The notes beneath the pieces were generated by a model that worked only from the letters and a program-made list of their open reading frames with translations, searched no databases and was not told the origin of the DNA. A stretch of DNA of 30,610 nt from a virus. Lineage: Duplodnaviria; Caudoviricetes. Where the stretch lies: positions 1 to 30,610 of the IMG/VR virus record IMGVR_UViG_3300032303_001078. One strand, given 5' to 3'. The stretch's first letter is position 1; every line of letters begins with the position of its first letter. The position numbers and the translations under genes are program-made. Shown here piece after piece: positions 10,127 to 18,265 of this stretch.

Positions 10127-12156
10127 TGGCAGACGAGAAAATAACGATTGATATTGAAGCGAAGATTGACGCAGCTCAAAGTATAAAAGATTTAAAAGAA
10201 TTAAAACTTTTACAAAGACAAGTTGCTGCAGGTTCTCCTGAATTTGCTAAGTTAGCAAATGCAATTGATGATTTAGAAGATTCAATTAAAGGTGCAAAGA
10301 AAAGTTCTGCTGACTGGATTGATACATTAGAATCAGCCGGTGGCCCTATTGGTATGTTAGGTGGTGCATTAAATAAAGCTAAGGTTGCAACTGTATCATT
10401 TGGTTCTGCATTAAAAGCTGCAGGTATTGGTTTAATAGTTTCAGCAGTAGCTGGATTAGTTGCTGCGTTTTCAAATGTAGAAGGTGCAACTAAAAAGTTA
10501 GAACCCCTTCTTATTGGATTTGAAAAGATTTTAGGTGGTATCTTTGAAGCATTGACTCCATTGATTGATTCATTTATTGAACTTGCAACACAAGCATTAC
10601 CTTATATTACAAAAGGTATAAGTATATTTTATTCTAGTTTAGTTGGTTTATTTACATTAGTTAAAGAAGGTGGAGCAGGTATTGGTAAAATACTTAAAGG
10701 TATATTCACATTAGATACAAAAGCAATTCAAGAAGGATTTGACCAACTTAAAGGTAGTTGGAGTAAAACCGTTGATGCATATAATGCAACATCAGAAAGA
10801 TTTGAAGCAGGAACTAAGAAATTAACTAAGACTCAAAAGGAAAATCTAAAAACACAAAATGAAGATGCTAAAAAAGCATTGGATGAAAAGATTAAAAGAT
10901 TAGAAGCTGAAGATAAATTAGATGAAGCTAAATTAAAAAAATTAAAAGAAGAAGCATTAGTTCTTGCAACAACAGAGCAAGAGAAATTAGATGTTGAAAA
11001 GAAATTTGCTGAGTTATCATACAAAGCAAAAATAAAAGATTTAGACGATAAGATGACACTATACAAAAAAGATAGTGTTGAATATAAGAATCTACAATCA
11101 GAAAAGATAAATGCAGAAGCAGAATACATAAATCAAACAACTTCATTTGCTGAGAAGCAAAAGACTATTGATGATAATACATTAAAAGAGAAAAAGGCTT
11201 TTGAAGAAAGAGCAAAAGAAATTAGAGACTCTGCAATTAAAGATGAAACTGATAAAGCATTAGCACAAAGACAATCTAAATATCAAAAAGATTTAGTAGA
11301 GTTAGAAGCTGATAAACAATTTATCTTAAAATCAGAATCAGAAAAGAATGAATTAAGAAAATTATTAGCACAAGGTTTACAGAATGATTTAGATAAGATT
11401 AAGACAGATGCAAGAAGTAAAGAATTAGCATCTCAATTATTATTAGATGAAGCTAGATTAAAAGTATTACAAGAAGGAACTGCAGAATACTTTACACAAC
11501 AAAGAGTATTAGAAAATGATGCGTTTGAAGCACAAAAACTAAAAGCAAGAGATAATGCAGTTGAATTAGAAGCAATTGAAACTACGCATAAAGCAAATCT
11601 AAAAAATATAGATAAAGCTGAATTTGAAGCTAAAAAAGATTTACAATTACAAATAGTAAACCTTTATGGTGGATTTGGTAAAGCATTACAAGAACTTGCA
11701 GGTAAGAATAAGAAATTAGCAATTGCAGGTTTATTAATTGAACAAGCTGCTGGTGTTGCAAGTATTATAATTAATACACAGAAAGCAGCTGCTAAGGCAG
11801 GATACTTTACACCATTGGGTATTGCAACATTGATTGCCGGTGCTGCATCGGTTGTAGCCGCAGTGGTTGCAACTGCAAAAGGTATTCAACAAATTAACCA
11901 AGTTCAAACTCCAGGAGCAAGTGGAGGTGGTGGTTCAGCAGGCGGTGGTGGTGCATCTATACAAGCACCAACGGCTCCATCTGCACCAGCACCACAAATA
12001 CAAACAACCGGTGGAATGAATCCTACAACACAAATTGCACAAACAATAGGAAATGTACAGGCTCCAATACGTGCCTATGTAGTATCACAAGATATATCTT
12101 CTCAACAAGCGCTTGACCGTAGAACTAATAGAGCAGCAACATTCAGTGCTGGATAA
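10126..12156 (+). CDS. Tape measure protein
   Basis: 676 aa; Ala/Gly-rich hydrophobic segments flank a long K/E coiled coil; C-terminal IRAYVVSQDISSQQ motif. Confidence 0.8.
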   Translation: MADEKITIDIEAKIDAAQSIKDLKELKLLQRQVAAGSPEFAKLANAIDDLEDSIKGAKKSSADWIDTLESAGGPIGMLGGALNKAKVATVSFGSALKAAGIGLIVSAVAGLVAAFSNVEGATKKLEPLLIGFEKILGGIFEALTPLIDSFIELATQALPYITKGISIFYSSLVGLFTLVKEGGAGIGKILKGIFTLDTKAIQEGFDQLKGSWSKTVDAYNATSERFEAGTKKLTKTQKENLKTQNEDAKKALDEKIKRLEAEDKLDEAKLKKLKEEALVLATTEQEKLDVEKKFAELSYKAKIKDLDDKMTLYKKDSVEYKNLQSEKINAEAEYINQTTSFAEKQKTIDDNTLKEKKAFEERAKEIRDSAIKDETDKALAQRQSKYQKDLVELEADKQFILKSESEKNELRKLLAQGLQNDLDKIKTDARSKELASQLLLDEARLKVLQEGTAEYFTQQRVLENDAFEAQKLKARDNAVELEAIETTHKANLKNIDKAEFEAKKDLQLQIVNLYGGFGKALQELAGKNKKLAIAGLLIEQAAGVASIIINTQKAAAKAGYFTPLGIATLIAGAASVVAAVVATAKGIQQINQVQTPGASGGGGSAGGGGASIQAPTAPSAPAPQIQTTGGMNPTTQIAQTIGNVQAPIRAYVVSQDISSQQALDRRTNRAATFSAG

Positions 12157-12181
12157 CAATTTTTATAACTTATAATGTTAT
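12154..12181 (+). promoter_or_regulatory. Candidate late promoter
   Basis: TAACAA-N16-TGTTAT, 6 nt before the ATG at 12188. Confidence 0.55.
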
Positions 12182-12187
12182 TACAAT

Positions 12188-13270
12188 ATGAAACTTTATG
12201 AATTAAAAATAGAAGATGAGAATGTAGATGAAGTATTTGCCATTAGTTTGGTAGAATCACCTGCAATGGAATCTGACTTCGTATATTTTGATAAAGAGGA
12301 AATACAATTTGCAGCTATTGACAAAGAACAACAAATGTTAATAGGTGCAGTTTTAATACCTGAAAAGAAGATATTAAGAATAGATGGTGAAGGACAACCT
12401 TATCATGTATTTTTCAGTAAAGAGACTGTTAAGAAATTAGCACAGAATTACTTAATGAAAAAGTATACTGATAAAGCTACATTAGAACATGATAGTAAAA
12501 TAAAAAATGTATATCTTGTTGAGTCATGGATTAAAGAAGGTAAATTGGATAAATCAAATAATTATGGTTTAAATTTACCAATAGGTAGTTGGGTAGGTTT
12601 ATTTAAAATAACAGATGATAAACTTTGGAAAGATTATGTAAAAACTGGCAAGGTTAAAGGATTTTCTATTGAAGGTTTGTTTGAACACAAATTAGTAGAA
12701 GCATCTTTTATTGATGAAATATTAGAAAAAGATATTGATGAATTATCAGAAGTAGAAGCAGAGATTGCATTATCAAAAATTAAAGCTTTAATAAAAAAAG
12801 ATAAAAGATTTGGTAAAGGTCAAAGAATAGAAATGGAATCACATTCTGATTATGGTTCTGCAGTTCGTTCTAATGCAAAAAGAGCATTAGCATACGCAGA
12901 AAAGAATGGTTGGGGAAGTTGTGGAACACCTGTTGGGAAACAAAGAGCAAATCAATTAGCTAAAGGAGAACCAATCTCAGTTGATACAATTAAAAGAATG
13001 TATTCGTTTTTAAGTAGACATGAAGGTGATTTACAATCATCAACTGCATACGGAGACGGATGTGGTAAATTGATGTATGATAGTTGGGGAGGAAAAAGTG
13101 GATTGAGATGGAGTAGAAATAAATTAAGAGAATTAGGATTGTTAACAGAAAGTGAAGCAAATCCATCAATTAGTTCATCTTACCCAGGACAAGCAGCAAC
13201 TACTAAAAATAAAAAAGATTTAATTGTAGCACCTGCATTATTAGAACCAAAAACATTAGGATTAAAATAA
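12188..13270 (+). CDS. XkdF-like prohead serine protease with appended C-terminal domain
   Basis: AISLVESPA, TLEH, VESW and GKVKGFSIEG motifs; C-terminal GTPVGKQRANQLA...TIKRMYSFLSRH...WGG domain. Confidence 0.8.
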   Translation: MKLYELKIEDENVDEVFAISLVESPAMESDFVYFDKEEIQFAAIDKEQQMLIGAVLIPEKKILRIDGEGQPYHVFFSKETVKKLAQNYLMKKYTDKATLEHDSKIKNVYLVESWIKEGKLDKSNNYGLNLPIGSWVGLFKITDDKLWKDYVKTGKVKGFSIEGLFEHKLVEASFIDEILEKDIDELSEVEAEIALSKIKALIKKDKRFGKGQRIEMESHSDYGSAVRSNAKRALAYAEKNGWGSCGTPVGKQRANQLAKGEPISVDTIKRMYSFLSRHEGDLQSSTAYGDGCGKLMYDSWGGKSGLRWSRNKLRELGLLTESEANPSISSSYPGQAATTKNKKDLIVAPALLEPKTLGLK

Positions 13271-13280
13271 AATAAACATT

Positions 13281-13655
13281 ATGGCAAGTATAGTAGAAAT
13301 AGTATCATACTTTAACAATGCAAAACAACAAGCGATTGTATGGCATCACCAAACAACATCTAAAAGTGAGCATGAAGCATTAGCAGGATTCTATGATGAA
13401 ATTGTAGAATTATTAGATACGTTAAGTGAATCATATGCAGGTATCTATGGTAGATTAAAAGGATTTGATGTTGAAGATTTAATGGATTGGGGCGGATTGG
13501 ATAACACAATATCATACTATAAGAATTGTTATTTGTGGTTGCAAGAAGAAAGAAAATCAGCACCTCAAGATAGTTGGATTCAAAACCAATTAGATGAGAT
13601 TGCACAATTGTTAGCACAAACACTTTATAGATTATCATTAAGAACTAATGGATAA
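13281..13655 (+). CDS. Ferritin/Dps-like four-helix protein (DUF5856-like)
   Basis: HHQTTS..EHEAL..FYD...LD...ESY.G.YGR and C-terminal DEI...L.QTLYRL. Confidence 0.7.
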   Translation: MASIVEIVSYFNNAKQQAIVWHHQTTSKSEHEALAGFYDEIVELLDTLSESYAGIYGRLKGFDVEDLMDWGGLDNTISYYKNCYLWLQEERKSAPQDSWIQNQLDEIAQLLAQTLYRLSLRTNG

Positions 13656-13974
13656 TAGTAATGTATATAATAAACTAATACAATTAAGAGGAATTGAAAT
13701 TACATTATCTGAATTTCAAGACTTATTAGAAAGTAGTAATAGAAGAAATACAATATTTGTTCAATGGGAAACCAATGAAGGAAATATAGATTATTATGAA
13801 ATGTATTGGGATAGTGCAAAATATGTAGGTGGAGAAGCAGGTGGAAGTGAGACTAAACAACAAGAAGGTATGTTTAATATACAATGTAAAGATGTTAAGG
13901 GAAAATGGAGAACATTAAACTTACAAACTGTAATTAAATGTAGATTTGAAAATAAATTATATAAAATAAAATAA
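13648..13974 (+). CDS. Hypothetical protein, possible WYL-like/Sm-like SH3 barrel
   Basis: Beta-rich, with CKDVKGKWRTLNLQTV resembling the WRSF strand of WYL_2/DUF2693 proteins. Confidence 0.4.
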   Translation: MDNSNVYNKLIQLRGIEITLSEFQDLLESSNRRNTIFVQWETNEGNIDYYEMYWDSAKYVGGEAGGSETKQQEGMFNIQCKDVKGKWRTLNLQTVIKCRFENKLYKIK

Positions 13975-13979
13975 AAACA

Positions 13980-14249
13980 ATGAGTAAATTATTCAATCAA
14001 CAATCTTATGTAGAGAACGGCCAATTTAGTGGTGGTACTACACTTACTGCACCATATTTAAGTGGTAGCGCATTTGCAGAAGGGTCTGCAAGTTTTGGTG
14101 GGTTGTATGTTGGACAAGCAGGTAATGTAACAGTTAAAACCGTAGATGGTTCTATATTGACATTTGTGTCAGCATCAGGATTTATTCCAGGTTTAATATC
14201 TGCTGTTAGTTCTTCAACAACTGCTGCAAGTATTATCGGATTAAAATAA
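13980..14249 (+). CDS. Small virion structural protein
   Basis: GLYVGQAGNVTVKTVDG motif common in small phage spike/decoration proteins. Confidence 0.55.
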   Translation: MSKLFNQQSYVENGQFSGGTTLTAPYLSGSAFAEGSASFGGLYVGQAGNVTVKTVDGSILTFVSASGFIPGLISAVSSSTTAASIIGLK

Positions 14250-14259
14250 AACAAAAAAC

Positions 14260-15054
14260 ATGCCTTTAGTAAATGTATTAATTAACAGTACGACCGCCGG
14301 AGGTGGTGGTACCAGTGGCTTCGTAAGAGGTAATGCACCACCTCCTCCCGCTTTAAGTTTTGATTACTTAATAGTTGGTGGTGGTGATGCCGTATATAGT
14401 ACTGGATATGGTGGAGGTGCAGGTGGATTTTTAGCAAGTTCTGGGTCACTAAATTTTAATAATACTTTATATATTGAAGTTGGTACAGGTGGTACTGCAG
14501 CTATTGATAGTTTTGGTAAACAATCATCAATTTCTTCATCAACATTTGGAATCTTAATAGCATCTGGTGCAAGAGAAGGAAATTCAGGTGCTCCTACATC
14601 TTTTAATGCAGGTGCTGGAGGCCCACCACCAATAGGTACAGGTGGAGGTGCAGGTAGTTCACAAAATGGAGTTGATGGTATTGTAGGATTATCAGGTCGT
14701 GGTGGTAGTGGTTCACTATGGTTAGATGGAAACTGGTATGCAGGCGGAGGTGGCGGAGCAGGAAATGCTACTCTACCTTCTGGAAACGGACAAGGTGGAA
14801 TTGGTGGTGGTGGAAGAGGTGATGTGGGTGGTTGTACTAATTGTTTTACAGGAAGTAATGGTGTAGATGGTACTGGTGGTGGTGCAGGTGGTGGAATGCA
14901 AAAAGGTGGTGATGGTGTAGTAATTCTAAGATATGCAACTGCTTCTTTAGTACCTCCTTATGACCATGCACTAAGTGGTGGAACTTTATCAATAACCGGT
15001 TCATATGCTTATATTACATTCACATCAAGTGCACAACTTACATATAGTTTTTAA
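14260..15054 (+). CDS. Glycine-rich domain virion protein
   Basis: DYLIVGGG, YAGGGGG, GTGGGAGG, GGDGVVILRY and GGT...Y.YITFTSS hallmark motifs. Confidence 0.8.
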   Translation: MPLVNVLINSTTAGGGGTSGFVRGNAPPPPALSFDYLIVGGGDAVYSTGYGGGAGGFLASSGSLNFNNTLYIEVGTGGTAAIDSFGKQSSISSSTFGILIASGAREGNSGAPTSFNAGAGGPPPIGTGGGAGSSQNGVDGIVGLSGRGGSGSLWLDGNWYAGGGGGAGNATLPSGNGQGGIGGGGRGDVGGCTNCFTGSNGVDGTGGGAGGGMQKGGDGVVILRYATASLVPPYDHALSGGTLSITGSYAYITFTSSAQLTYSF

Positions 15055-15064
15055 ATAAAATATT

Positions 15065-15538
15065 ATGCCAATAAAACCAGGTAAATCAGAAAACGAACAA
15101 GAATTCATTAGTAGATGTATGGGTGAAGAAACTCAAACATATCCACAAGACCAGAGTTACGCAATATGTAAATCTAAATGGGATAGACAAGAGATGAGTA
15201 AGATAATTAATATGTCTTCAAAAGTAGTAGCTAGAATAGTGTACGATGAAAAGTATAGAGGAATAAATTTAGCAGGATTAGAGAAAGGGCCAAATGACCC
15301 CTGCTATGAAGATTATGTGCAAGTTGGAACAAAAGATATGGATGGTAGAGAAGTTCCAAATTGTGTTCCTTTGAAAGAGGAAGCTTCTAAAATAGAAATG
15401 GAAAAAGGAATTAATTTAGCAGAAGATGGTGTAAGTTATCCATTTGATGTTTGTGTTGAAGAACAAACTGCAAGATATGGTGACGAAGAAACTGCAAAAA
15501 AAGTTTGTGGATTTATTAAAAGAGAATACGGAAGTTAA
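15065..15538 (+). CDS. Protein with three two-cysteine mini-domains (putative head-associated)
   Basis: FISRCM...AIC; PCYEDY...VPNCVP; YPFDVC...KVCG; two GINLA linkers. Confidence 0.65.
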   Translation: MPIKPGKSENEQEFISRCMGEETQTYPQDQSYAICKSKWDRQEMSKIINMSSKVVARIVYDEKYRGINLAGLEKGPNDPCYEDYVQVGTKDMDGREVPNCVPLKEEASKIEMEKGINLAEDGVSYPFDVCVEEQTARYGDEETAKKVCGFIKREYGS

Positions 15539-15539
15539 T

Positions 15540-15818
15540 ATGGAAAATATCTACACAGTCATAATAACTGCAATAACTACATTAGGTGGAGTGAATGCAT
15601 GGAGATATTTTGAGAAAAGAGCATCACATAAAGAAGATGATGAAAGATTTATCAGAAACGATTGTCAAAGTAGAATTACAAAGTTGGAATTACTATTAGA
15701 AGAAAGTAGTAAAGAAAAAGATGAGATGAGAGCTCAAATCTTAAAGTTAGTAGAAGAAGTATCTGCATTAAGAGTAGAGATAAAATACTTAGAACAAAAG
15801 AGTAAGGGTGGTATCTAA
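15540..15818 (+). CDS. Membrane-anchored coiled-coil protein (holin/spanin-like candidate)
   Basis: Likely start MENIYTVIITAITTLGG (hydrophobic N-terminus) followed by a heptad coiled coil; last gene of the late region. Confidence 0.45.
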   Translation: MENIYTVIITAITTLGGVNAWRYFEKRASHKEDDERFIRNDCQSRITKLELLLEESSKEKDEMRAQILKLVEEVSALRVEIKYLEQKSKGGI

Positions 15819-15875
15819 AATTAGGTTATTAGTATCTATAACCTATTTCCAGACCATCTAATAACAAATTGAATA

Positions 15876-15905
15876 CAATATACGGAGAGTAGCCGAAAGT
15901 GTCAG
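15876..15905 (-). promoter_or_regulatory. Candidate early-type promoter facing the end of the late operon
   Basis: Minus strand CTGA-N17-CGTATATTG; 11 nt identical to the promoter core at 17522-17532. Confidence 0.45.
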
Positions 15906-15915
15906 GAACGCAAAG

Positions 15916-15944
15916 AAAAACCCCAACCGAAAGGAAGGGGTTTT
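15916..15944. terminator. Bidirectional intrinsic terminator between convergent operons
   Basis: AAAAACCCC-AA-CC-GAAA-GG-AA-GGGG-TTTT. Confidence 0.8.
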
Positions 15945-15971
15945 GTTGTTAGAATGACATTAACTAACAAC
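15945..15971 (-). other. Hairpin carrying the GTTAATGTCATT loop motif
   Basis: Perfect 8-bp stem GTTGTTAG/CTAACAAC; the same 12-mer occurs at 18345-18356. Confidence 0.7.
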
Positions 15972-15996
15972 TTGTTATGACAACCAAACAAAATTT

Positions 15997-16494
15997 CTAT
16001 TTTTTCATTTTACAATTATCTCCATGCCATCTAAAATAATTTCTACCTTTTATTGTTTTTAAACAATGTTTACATGTATGTATTTGTTCATTAATAGGTA
16101 TTTTTTTTTCAGGTATTGGTTTTGGATTATTTTTCCATTTGCATTTATCAAAATGCCATTGAAACATAGATGAAGATTTACCAATTTTATTACAATGGGG
16201 ACACTTGTGTATTTTATTGGCTTGTATTTTACCTAAATTAGAAATTAAACCAGATTCTATATTTTTTTTACCTTGAATTGCACCCATAACTTTACCACCT
16301 AAAATACATGCTGTTTTTTGTAATTTTTTTAATCTAAGTTTAGATTCAATTCTGTTACCTACTATGTGGCCTCCTAATTTTGCACCATTTTTATAATGTT
16401 CATTATTAGAATATTGTTCTAATTGTTTATCAGTTAATTTAGAATATGCTTTATCTTTTGATGCATCTATTAATGCTTGTATATCTTTTCTCAT
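15997..16494 (-). CDS. Zinc-finger protein (two CxHC...WH.D.C repeats)
   Basis: CPHCNKIGKSSSMFQWHFDKC and CKHCLKTIKGRNYFRWHGDNC; LGG/GK repeats; resembles DNA-binding tails of homing endonucleases but no nuclease motif seen. Confidence 0.65.
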   Translation of the reverse strand: MRKDIQALIDASKDKAYSKLTDKQLEQYSNNEHYKNGAKLGGHIVGNRIESKLRLKKLQKTACILGGKVMGAIQGKKNIESGLISNLGKIQANKIHKCPHCNKIGKSSSMFQWHFDKCKWKNNPKPIPEKKIPINEQIHTCKHCLKTIKGRNYFRWHGDNCKMKK

Positions 16495-16500
16495 TTTATA

Positions 16501-17352
16501 TTATTTTAAATAATCAATTTCCCAATCATCTCTATATCCTGTTGGGTCATCTATGATTGCTTCTGCCATTTTTTCTGCAGTTCTAATACTTCTTTCATTC
16601 ATATTATCCCAATTATTATACATCCAATCTAATAAGATAATTTTATCTTCATTACTTATATCAAGGCAATCTTCATTTAAAATTGTATCAGCAATCCATC
16701 CCCATTGTTCATCATCATTCAATTCAAAATCTGCAGGTTTACATCTACTTCTAATTGCATTTAAATGTCCTAATAAAACAGCCTTTTGTTGACCTTTATC
16801 TCTTGCAATTTTAACTTCATCATCTGTGGCTAATTTGAAATTAGATGTAAATATAAAAATAAATCTATCAGTTGGAACTTCAAATCCCATTCTACTATCA
16901 TTACTATGTGCAGTTATAGATTCTTGTTGTAATTCGGATAAATTATTCCATTGTGATTGTAAAGATTTTTCATAAGAATAAACTCTATTACCACTCAATA
17001 CATTTTTCATTATGTTTATGTTTTGAGCATTTTTTAATATTTCATCACAATCATCTACAACTATTACAACAACTTGATTCTTTGGAATTAAATGATTTAT
17101 AACAGCAAGTTGTATACCAAATGAAAACATTGAAATATTACCGCTAATTGTATAATGTTCAATACCAGCAGTTTCTAATGATTTATTCACAGTAAATGTT
17201 TTACCTAAACCTGGAGGAGAGAATATGTAAGTATGTGGATAAGATGCATCTATTGATGAATATGCTGCTTTTTCTGCTAATTTTTTTAATCTACTTCGTT
17301 TTGCAGAACCATTGTCAATGGCCTGTAATTGTGTCCTACTAAATTTAATCAT
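16501..17352 (-). CDS. AAA+ ATPase
   Basis: Walker A SPPGLGKT, Walker B IVVDDCD, sensor FIFTSN, arginine finger AIRSR. Confidence 0.85.
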   Translation of the reverse strand: MIKFSRTQLQAIDNGSAKRSRLKKLAEKAAYSSIDASYPHTYIFSPPGLGKTFTVNKSLETAGIEHYTISGNISMFSFGIQLAVINHLIPKNQVVVIVVDDCDEILKNAQNINIMKNVLSGNRVYSYEKSLQSQWNNLSELQQESITAHSNDSRMGFEVPTDRFIFIFTSNFKLATDDEVKIARDKGQQKAVLLGHLNAIRSRCKPADFELNDDEQWGWIADTILNEDCLDISNEDKIILLDWMYNNWDNMNERSIRTAEKMAEAIIDDPTGYRDDWEIDYLK

Positions 17353-17353
17353 C

Positions 17354-17509
17354 TTATTTATTGTTTAATTGTTTTTTTAATTTATGTTGTTCTCTTAAAT
17401 ACGACTGAACTTTTTCTAATTCAGTTTTAAGATACATTACTTCTTTTTTGGTTTTAATGATTGCCTCAGCTAATCGTTCAATTGTTAATTCTTTTGTCAT
17501 TATTGTCAT
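17354..17509 (-). CDS. Small coiled-coil early protein, 48-51 aa (absent from ORF track)
   Basis: (MTI)MTKELTIERLAEAIIKTKKEVMYLKTELEKVQSYLREQHKLKKQLNNK*; ends 1 nt before the ATPase ATG and lies just downstream of a promoter. Confidence 0.7.
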   Translation of the reverse strand: MTIMTKELTIERLAEAIIKTKKEVMYLKTELEKVQSYLREQHKLKKQLNNK

Positions 17510-17523
17510 TGTTTGTTATACTA

Positions 17524-17553
17524 CAATATACGACAAATTTTCCACATTTCCAA
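17524..17553 (-). promoter_or_regulatory. Leftward early promoter (host sigma, Bacteroidota-like)
   Basis: Minus strand TTGG-N17-CGTATATTG. Confidence 0.7.
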
Positions 17554-17627
17554 CTATTTATTAAACTTTTTTATAATATGTTGATAATTAACATGTTATA
17601 TATAGTAATTTTTTGTATTATGTTTAT

Positions 17628-17665
17628 TATGAGAAACCATATCTATTACCATATGGAAACTCATA
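17628..17665. promoter_or_regulatory. Palindromic TATG-N6-CATA operator array
   Basis: TATGAGAAACCATA (17628-17641) and TATGGAAACTCATA (17652-17665) with a degenerate unit between; abuts the upstream promoter box. Confidence 0.6.
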
Positions 17666-17666
17666 A

Positions 17667-17696
17667 TTTGGTATTATGGAAAATATTTCGTATATT
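17667..17696 (+). promoter_or_regulatory. Rightward early promoter
   Basis: TTTGG-N17-CGTATATT upstream of 17729. Confidence 0.7.
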
Positions 17697-17728
17697 AGTA
17701 GTATTAAAAACAATAAAAACAAAAAACA

Positions 17729-18229
17729 ATGGCAAAAGACCCAGCAGTCCTATTATGGACAAAAGATTTCTTAGTAGGAACAATGACAATGAGTTATGAA
17801 CAAAAAGGTAAGTATATAACTTTACTATGCTTACAACATCAAAATCAACATCTTACTGATGGAGATATGAAAAGTATATTAAACGAAGAAGATATACAGG
17901 TTGCTGAAAAGTTTATCAAAGAAGATGGCAAATGGTATAATCTAAAAATGAAAGAAGAAAGTATTAGAAGAAAAGCTTATACTGAAAATAGATTAAAGAA
18001 TTTCCAAAAGAAGAAAGATATGAAAGTAGATATGAGTTCTCATATGGAAAACCATACTGGAACTGTAACTGGAACTGTAACTGGTACTGTTACTGCTGAA
18101 CTAGAACTTGTAACTGGAACTAAAGCTGAAAGACAAGATATGTTAGCAGAAGTAATTACAGGTAGTTTAGATAAAGAACAAAAAGAAATGATAAATAAGT
18201 TTGATGATTTATTTGGAGATGTAAAATAA
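17729..18229 (+). CDS. DUF1376/YdaU-like phage replication initiator
   Basis: KDPA.L....DFL.GT..M...QKGKYITLLCLQHQ N-terminus; central repeat-encoded TGTVTGTVTGTVT. Confidence 0.65.
   Translation: MAKDPAVLLWTKDFLVGTMTMSYEQKGKYITLLCLQHQNQHLTDGDMKSILNEEDIQVAEKFIKEDGKWYNLKMKEESIRRKAYTENRLKNFQKKKDMKVDMSSHMENHTGTVTGTVTGTVTAELELVTGTKAERQDMLAEVITGSLDKEQKEMINKFDDLFGDVK
18019..18121 (+). repeat. Candidate replication origin inside the initiator gene (iterons plus 12-bp tandem repeats)
   Basis: TATG-N6-CATA at 18031-18044 and 18043-18056 (degenerate copy at 18019), then ACTGGAACTGTA x2 and ACTGGTACTGTT at 18056-18091. Confidence 0.6.
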
Positions 18230-18231
18230 TT

Positions 18232-18259
18232 TAACTATATTACAATTCATATGTGTTAT
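18232..18259 (+). promoter_or_regulatory. Candidate late promoter with no ORF before the next terminator
   Basis: TAACTA-N16-TGTTAT, perfect match to the consensus. Confidence 0.55.
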
Positions 18260-18265
18260 TTGTTT

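Noticed and set aside
15961-15978. TAACTA...TGTTAT as another late promoter
   Set aside because: Spacer is 6 nt rather than 16
17461-17799. 112-aa hydrophobic + strand ORF
   Set aside because: It spans the divergent promoters and operator array and overlaps two better-supported genes; hydrophobicity reflects AT-rich DNA
18056-18121. CRISPR-like array
   Set aside because: 12-bp tandem units without spacers, located inside a gene
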